A stretch of 34,766 bases of DNA from Myxococcota bacterium (GTDB taxonomy: Bacteria > Myxococcota_A > Polyangia > Polyangiales > Sandaracinaceae): positions 1 through 34,766 of the forward strand of contig JAYZQJ010000027.1 in assembly GCA_036149055.1 (NCBI GenBank). The letters run 5' to 3'. The notes under the pieces are model-generated. The model had not been told where the DNA came from. It was given only the letters and a program-made list of their open reading frames with translations, and made no database searches. The position numbers were made by a program, and so were the translations under genes. Below are positions 29,401 through 34,766 of this stretch, one piece after another. The first letter of the stretch is position 1, and each line of letters opens with the position of its first letter.

Positions 29401-30789
29401 CTAACCGTTCGACGCGCCGGTTCGAGGGGCGCTCGAGGCGGCGGCGATTTCCGGCGTCTTCACGGGCTGTTCCGGCGGTCCTCCCGCGAGCAGCGCCTGC
29501 GTGACCAGGGGACGGGCGATCGCGAGCGCGTTGACGTCGGGGGCGATCGAGCGCGTCACCCCGGCCAGCAGCGCGAAGGTGCGGCCGTAGAGGACCAGCT
29601 CCTGCGGGATGGCGACGCCCTCCATCCGGTCGACCGTCTCGAGCACCCGCATGCGCAGCGCGGCGAAGTCCAGCTGGCCGCCGCTCATCGGATCGGCGCC
29701 GCGCAGGTGCTCCATCAGCTCCGCGACGATCGGCCGCATCCGATCCTTCTCCGACTCCGGGAAGAGCCCGATGTCGACGAGGGCGCCGAGGAACATGTCC
29801 ACGTTGCCCATCGCGAAGGCCATCACCGAGCTGACCAGCTTCTGGTGGAAGGCGCGATCGAGGATCTTCACCTGGCCGAAGTCCACGACGCCGAGGATCG
29901 GCTCGCCCGCGTCGTCGAGCCGCGCGAGCAGGTTGCCGGGGTGCGGATCGCTCTGGAACACCCCGTCCACGTACATCATCTGGATCCACGCCCAGAGCAG
30001 ACGCTCGAGCAGCTTCGCGCGATCGAGGCGCGGATCGTCGAGCAGCTTCGGGCTCGTGATCTTCACGCCGTCGACCCAGGTCGTGCAGATCACGTCGCGG
30101 GTGGTCAGGGCGTCGATCACGCGCGGGACCTCCACGCCCTCTCGACCCTCGAAGTGCCCGTGGATGATGCGCGTGAAGCGCGCCTCCTGCTCGTAGTCGA
30201 GCTCGGTCGTGAGCGCGCGCTTGATCTCGTCGTAGATGGGGCTGAGCCGGATCTTCGGCAGGAAGACGTTGAAGAGCCGGACCGCCCAGCTCATCAGCCA
30301 GAGATCGACCGCGAGCTTCCGCTCGATGTCGGCGTACCTGATCTTCAGCGCGATCCGGGTCCCGTCCGCCGTGATCCCGCGGTGCACCTGGCCGAAGCTC
30401 GCCGCCGCGATCGCCTCCTGGTCCAGCTCGGTGAAGAGCGACTCGAGCGGCGCGTCGTAGCCGGCGCGGAGGTGCGGCTCCACGTCGCTCCAGGGCGTCG
30501 GGTCCACCTCGTCCTGCAGCCCCGACAGCTCGGCGATCCACTCGCGCGGCATGAGGTCCACGCGGGTCGAGAGGATCTGCCCGACCTTGATGAGCCCGCC
30601 GCGCATCCGCACCGCCAGCCGGTAGAAGCGCGCCGCGTGCTTCCGGTGCTTCCGCTCCCAGACCGCGTCGGGGATGGTCGCGCCGAAGCGCCGCATCCGG
30701 ACCCAGGGGACGACGTACGCGAGCCACATCGGGAAGAGGACCATCCCGATCCAGATCGACCGCACCACGGTGTGCCAGACCCAGCCCAC
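29401..30789 (-). CDS. ABC1/UbiB/AarF-family atypical kinase
   Basis: IKVGQILSTRVD, LQD, AAASFGQVH, ELDYEQEA, DPHPGN, DFG. Confidence 0.92.
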   Translation of the reverse strand: MGWVWHTVVRSIWIGMVLFPMWLAYVVPWVRMRRFGATIPDAVWERKHRKHAARFYRLAVRMRGGLIKVGQILSTRVDLMPREWIAELSGLQDEVDPTPWSDVEPHLRAGYDAPLESLFTELDQEAIAAASFGQVHRGITADGTRIALKIRYADIERKLAVDLWLMSWAVRLFNVFLPKIRLSPIYDEIKRALTTELDYEQEARFTRIIHGHFEGREGVEVPRVIDALTTRDVICTTWVDGVKITSPKLLDDPRLDRAKLLERLLWAWIQMMYVDGVFQSDPHPGNLLARLDDAGEPILGVVDFGQVKILDRAFHQKLVSSVMAFAMGNVDMFLGALVDIGLFPESEKDRMRPIVAELMEHLRGADPMSGGQLDFAALRMRVLETVDRMEGVAIPQELVLYGRTFALLAGVTRSIAPDVNALAIARPLVTQALLAGGPPEQPVKTPEIAAASSAPRTGASNG

Positions 30790-30798
30790 CGCGACGTT

Positions 30799-31059
30799 CT
30801 ACTCGCTTTCGCCCGCGAACGCCTCGATCGCCGACCTGGGCGTGCGCAGGTCGAGGGCCCTCACCACCGCGCGGAAGCGGGCGCTGGTCTGCCCGGAGGC
30901 TTCGGCCGCGGCCAGCATCGCCGAGGCGAGGGCCGCGTAGGCCTTGCCGAGGTCCACGAGGTGGACCGCGTCGGCGTCGAGCAGGGACTGCATGCGGGCG
31001 AGGGCGGCGCGGAGCGCGTCCCACGCGGGGCCCTCGGGCTTCGTCTCCATGCGCGGCAT
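30799..31059 (-). CDS. Small hypothetical helical protein (83-86 aa)
   Basis: Fills the gap between the SDR and the ABC1 kinase on the same strand with 1-nt and 9-nt spacers. Confidence 0.65.
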   Translation of the reverse strand: MPRMETKPEGPAWDALRAALARMQSLLDADAVHLVDLGKAYAALASAMLAAAEASGQTSARFRAVVRALDLRTPRSAIEAFAGESE

Positions 31060-31060
31060 C

Positions 31061-31882
31061 TCAGAACCCGACCACCCGCTCGATGACCTTCTCGTAGCCG
31101 GCGAAGGGCAGGAGCCTCCGCGCCCACAGCCGCGCCTGGACGCCGGGGCCGAGCGGGTAGCGCAGCCTCGGAGACGGATCCTCGAGCAGGCGCGTGCACA
31201 GATCCGCGACCTCCTGCGGGTCGCCCATGCGCGCCTCCATCTTCTCCACCAGCGACTCCATGCGGGCCTGGAAGCGCGCGTACGGCCCCTCCTCGTGGCT
31301 CTCCCGCGCCACCCGCCGGTTGCGCCCGAAGATGTCGGTCTTGTACGGGCCGGGCTCGACCAGCACGACCCGCACGCCGAACGGCCGCACCTCGTGGCGC
31401 AGCGCCTCCGTCATGCCCTCGAGCGCGAACTTGCTGCCCGCGTAGGCGCCGAGCCCGGGCATCGCCTGCCGCCCGGCCATCGAGGACACGTTGAGCACGA
31501 GGCCGGAGCGCTGCCGTCGCATCGTGGGGAGGCAGGCCTTGGTCAGCGCCCACGGGCTGAACACGTTGACGTCGAAGAGCCGCCGCAGCTCGTCCTCCTC
31601 GATCTGCTCCTGGAAGCCGCCGAGGGCGATCCCGGCGTTGTTGATGAGCGCGTCGAGCCGGCCCTGCTCGTCGAGGATCCGCTCGACCACCTCCTCGTGC
31701 TGGAGCCGGTCGAGCACGTCGAGCTGGACGGGGCGGACGTCCAGCCCGGCGGACGCGCGCTCGAGCTCCTCGGCGGTCTCGAGGTCGCGGAGGCCCGCGT
31801 AGACGGTGTGGCCCGCGCGCGCGGCGGTCACGGCGATGAGCAGGCCGAAGCCCGAGCGACACCCGGTGCAGAGGACGATCAT
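31061..31882 (-). CDS. Short-chain dehydrogenase/reductase
   Basis: TGCRSGFG, LINNAG, NVSS, YAGSKFALEG, VEPGPYKT; start ATG 31882. Confidence 0.92.
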   Translation of the reverse strand: MIVLCTGCRSGFGLLIAVTAARAGHTVYAGLRDLETAEELERASAGLDVRPVQLDVLDRLQHEEVVERILDEQGRLDALINNAGIALGGFQEQIEEDELRRLFDVNVFSPWALTKACLPTMRRQRSGLVLNVSSMAGRQAMPGLGAYAGSKFALEGMTEALRHEVRPFGVRVVLVEPGPYKTDIFGRNRRVARESHEEGPYARFQARMESLVEKMEARMGDPQEVADLCTRLLEDPSPRLRYPLGPGVQARLWARRLLPFAGYEKVIERVVGF

Positions 31883-31892
31883 GCGCAGAGCC

Positions 31893-33011
31893 TCACACGA
31901 GGCGCGCGATCTCGTCGAGCAGCCCCCGGCCGAGCGCGGTCGGCGCCGCGTTCTCGAGCAGCACGGCCGCGCCCTCGCGGTTGGCCTCCCGCACCCGGGC
32001 GGCGCTGCGGGCCAGCTCCTCGGAGCGGGCGAGCGGGTGATCCGAGCTGCGCAAGGCCTCATGCATACGCTCGATCGGCAGGAACGCGTGCACCGCGAGG
32101 AGCACCCCGTGCAGCGGGCGAGGATCGGGCCGCACCGGCGAGGTGAAGAGCGGGTGGAACGCGTTCTCGAGCACCGGGTCCAGCTCGAAGAGGGTGTTCA
32201 GCACGTTGTGCTGGGTCTCGTGCACCAGCGCCTCGGCCATCGTGAGCGGGCTGGGGTGCAGGGTGAGGTAGAGCGTCCCCACCGCCTCGCGGTAGCTCGC
32301 GCTCAGGTGACGCTCCGGGTCGAAGCCGACCGGCACGACCTGGTGCACGAGCAGCGCGATCGTCTCGCGCAGCGAGGGGAGGAAGGCCTCGATCAGCCCG
32401 AGGGCCTCGCGCAGCGCCGCCGCCCAGTCGTCCGCCGCGCGCGCGCCCAGATCGATCGCGTTGCCGAGCTTGTCCGGGTGCGCCTCCAGCATCGAGAGGG
32501 GGTTGTCGTCCACCTCGGCGAGCACGAGGCCCGGCGCGATCTCGGTGTAGGGGCTCGTATAGGCGTCGAGGTGACGCCCGCTCCAGCTCTGCCCATCGAG
32601 GATCGCGCTGCCTCCCGGGAGGGCGCGCCGGGCGCCGAGGCAGACGATCGTCTCGGGCAGCCCCTCGAAGCGCAGGCGGGGCAGCTTGGCGCCGGCCGCC
32701 GCGAGCTCGACCGCCAGGGTCGCCGCGAGCTGCCGGGCGAGCGCGTCGTCCGGGCCCTCGCGCAGCACCCGCAGCGCCGCGCCCACGTTCGGGCGCCGCA
32801 GCACGCCGAAGACCCGCCCGGGCTCCCGGGCCAGCTCGGCCTTGGTCGCCCGCAGCACCTCCGTCAGCGCCGCGCGCGCGCCCGGCGAGAGGGCGGCCAG
32901 CGGCAGGCGGCCGAGATCCCGCACCAGGCGCTGGAGCGCCGCCGAGAGGATCCCCTTCAGCGTCGGTACGCCGGGGCGGGGGACACACAGGTCGTCGGGC
33001 GTCGCGATCAC
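31893..33011 (-). CDS. HExxH-motif protein, aKG-HExxH peptide beta-hydroxylase-like
   Basis: SASYREAVGTLYL, AEALVHETQHNVLN, SPVRPDPRPLHGVLLAVHAF, PTALGRGLL. Start is GTG 33011 or 33029. Confidence 0.85.
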   Translation of the reverse strand: MIATPDDLCVPRPGVPTLKGILSAALQRLVRDLGRLPLAALSPGARAALTEVLRATKAELAREPGRVFGVLRRPNVGAALRVLREGPDDALARQLAATLAVELAAAGAKLPRLRFEGLPETIVCLGARRALPGGSAILDGQSWSGRHLDAYTSPYTEIAPGLVLAEVDDNPLSMLEAHPDKLGNAIDLGARAADDWAAALREALGLIEAFLPSLRETIALLVHQVVPVGFDPERHLSASYREAVGTLYLTLHPSPLTMAEALVHETQHNVLNTLFELDPVLENAFHPLFTSPVRPDPRPLHGVLLAVHAFLPIERMHEALRSSDHPLARSEELARSAARVREANREGAAVLLENAAPTALGRGLLDEIARLV

Positions 33012-33066
33012 GCCCCGGGAGGATGGCACGTTTCGGGCGCACGTCCGATCGTGGTAAGGGCACCTG

Positions 33067-33525
33067 GTGGAAAGGTTCCTGACGGTCGCCCTCCTCCTCG
33101 CCGGCTGCGGCGGGCCCGCGCTCGCCTGCCCCGAGCCCGGGCTGCCGAGCCCCGATCCGACCTACACCGACACGGTGGCCTCGCTGGTCGTGGTGCCGAC
33201 CCGCGGCTCGCTGCGGGACGCCTCGGCGGCCGAGCGCGAGAGCTTCCGCGCGTTCGTGGTCGCGCACCAGCAGGCCTGCGACGCGTCGCCGCCGACCGGC
33301 GACTGCACCATGACGCACCTGCGCGCCGCGCTCGTCGCGCTGCCCGCGCCGGACCACCCGGCCGTCTTCACCGACATCGACGGCGCCCTCGACGCGGCCC
33401 TCGACCGGGCGCGCGGCGACTTCGCGCCGGCCGATCGGGACTGCGACGGCCAGCCCGAGGAGACCTGTGACGCGCGCGGGGTCACGCGCGCCTTCGCTCG
33501 CGCCGCCTGCGCGCTGGGGGAGTGA
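33067..33525 (+). CDS. Hypothetical lipoprotein
   Basis: Lipobox LLAGC; several additional Cys; stop 1 nt before the patatin ATG. Confidence 0.7.
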   Translation: MERFLTVALLLAGCGGPALACPEPGLPSPDPTYTDTVASLVVVPTRGSLRDASAAERESFRAFVVAHQQACDASPPTGDCTMTHLRAALVALPAPDHPAVFTDIDGALDAALDRARGDFAPADRDCDGQPEETCDARGVTRAFARAACALGE

Positions 33526-33526
33526 G

Positions 33527-34366
33527 ATGACGAACGGATTCGTGCTCTCGGGGGGCGGCTCGCTCGGCGCCTTCCACGTCGGCGTCCTGCGCTGGCTCGT
33601 GGTTGACAAGGGGATCGAGCCCGACGTGGTCACCGGCACCTCGACCGGCGCGCTCGCGGCGGTGCTCGCGGCGTCCGGCGAGGTCGGGCTCCTGAGCGAC
33701 CTCTACACCAACGTGCAGACCCGCAACATCCTGCACCAGAGCCTGCTCGGCGACGCCGGGCTGATCTTTCACGGCTTCGTCAACAGCGTCGATCCGCTCC
33801 GCGAGCTCATCGACACCTACTTCACGCCCCGCCGGCTGCAGCGCATCCGCGACCGTGGCGTCGCCCTCCGCATCGCGACCACGAACATGCAGACGGGCGC
33901 GGTCGAGTACGGCACCGAGGCGGACGATCTCGAGCGCCTGAAGGCCTCCGTGCTCGCGTCCGCGTGCCAGCCGGCGCTCATGCCGACCATCCAGATCGGC
34001 GGCCACGACTACCTCGACGGCGGCATCATGCAGATGCTCCCGGTCCAGGCCGCGCTCGACGCCGGCGCCTCGAAGATCTACGCGTCGGCCTGCTTCGCCG
34101 CCCCCGCCGGCCGCCCGCCGATCACCCGCCGCTTCCGCAACGCGCCGGGCACCGACGTGCTCAACTACACGCTGCGCCGCGCGGTGCTCCTGATGGCCAT
34201 CCAGCAGATCGACGACACCCTCGCGCTCATGACCGAGCGCGGCGTCGACCTCACCGCCTTCCGCCCCGCGAGCGCCCTCTCCCCCGACCCCCTCGAGTTC
34301 GACCCCGCCCAGATGGCCGCCATGGTCGACGAGGGCTACGCCCGCGCCCGCGCCATCCTGCCCTGA
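33527..34366 (+). CDS. Patatin-like phospholipase
   Basis: LSGGGSLGAFHVG, GTSTG (nucleophile), ASAC.P, YLDGG. Confidence 0.93.
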   Translation: MTNGFVLSGGGSLGAFHVGVLRWLVVDKGIEPDVVTGTSTGALAAVLAASGEVGLLSDLYTNVQTRNILHQSLLGDAGLIFHGFVNSVDPLRELIDTYFTPRRLQRIRDRGVALRIATTNMQTGAVEYGTEADDLERLKASVLASACQPALMPTIQIGGHDYLDGGIMQMLPVQAALDAGASKIYASACFAAPAGRPPITRRFRNAPGTDVLNYTLRRAVLLMAIQQIDDTLALMTERGVDLTAFRPASALSPDPLEFDPAQMAAMVDEGYARARAILP

Positions 34367-34438
34367 TGGCGAGCGTCGCTTGCCGTGCGATCGCCCCTCT
34401 TGCAGTATCGGCCCTGTCTTCGAAGGGGGAGACCGTCG

Positions 34439-34766
34439 ATGGGGTTCACGACACGCGCCGCGCGCGCACTACCACTGGCCATTGCCGTCCTGGCCTTCGC
34501 CGGGACGGCCTCTGCGCAGACCGATCTGGAGCGGGCGCGCGCGGTCTTCGAGCAGGGCGCCGCTCACTACGAGAACCAGAACTACGCGCTCGCCCTGCAG
34601 GCGTTCCAGGAGTCGTACGATCTCCTAGACGGACACCCGCGCCAGGCGCTGGTCCTCTACAACGTAGGCCGCTGCTACGAGGAGCTGGGCCGGTTCCGAG
34701 ACGCGCGCGACGCGTACCAGCGATACCTCCGTGAGGCGGCGGACGACGCTCAGGATCGCGGGCAGG
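34439..34766 (+). CDS. Secreted TPR protein (partial, runs off the window; absent from the ORF track)
   Basis: Manual translation MGFTTRAARALPLAIAVLAFAGTASAQTDLERARAVFEQGAAHYENQNYALALQAFQESYDLLDGHPRQALVLYNVGRCYEELG...; GGGGAG upstream. Confidence 0.85.
   Translation, partial: MGFTTRAARALPLAIAVLAFAGTASAQTDLERARAVFEQGAAHYENQNYALALQAFQESYDLLDGHPRQALVLYNVGRCYEELGRFRDARDAYQRYLREAADDAQDRGQ

Noticed and set aside
30799..31059. Calling the small ORF a cyclophane RiPP precursor
   Set aside because: It looks like a folded helical protein and has no recognisable C-terminal aromatic-X-X core; kept only as a hypothesis.

Overview
Very GC-rich (about 70-75% by eye), gene-dense bacterial chromosome segment with about 37 plausible genes. 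The gene content (Cys-rich lipoproteins, TPR/PEGA proteins, a eukaryotic-like Ser/Thr kinase) suggests a myxobacterium, probably Polyangiales-like; this is an inference. Recognisable housekeeping genes are dapF, a serA-like dehydrogenase, cysD-cysN and ruvA-ruvB. Between them lie accessory genes: an HPr-kinase-like ATPase, an L,D-transpeptidase, an AmpG-like MFS transporter, an XRE/SDR/QueA-like module, seven predicted lipoproteins, three secreted TPR proteins (one frameshifted, one cut by the window edge), a TetR/metal-hydrolase pair, a patatin, and a six-gene operon headed by an orphan aKG-HExxH peptide-hydroxylase-like gene. I saw no rRNA, tRNA, CRISPR array, transposase or phage gene. Most long ORFs in the supplied track are GC-driven shadow ORFs. 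The best leads are: (1) two lipoproteins sharing an unrecognised colinear C-terminal domain; (2) the orphan HExxH operon; (3) the non-canonical QueA paralogue module; (4) a recurring -10 hexamer 6-7 nt before start codons, suggesting leaderless mRNAs; (5) an Rrf2-like box upstream of cysDN. All family calls come from motif recognition by eye, not from database searches.
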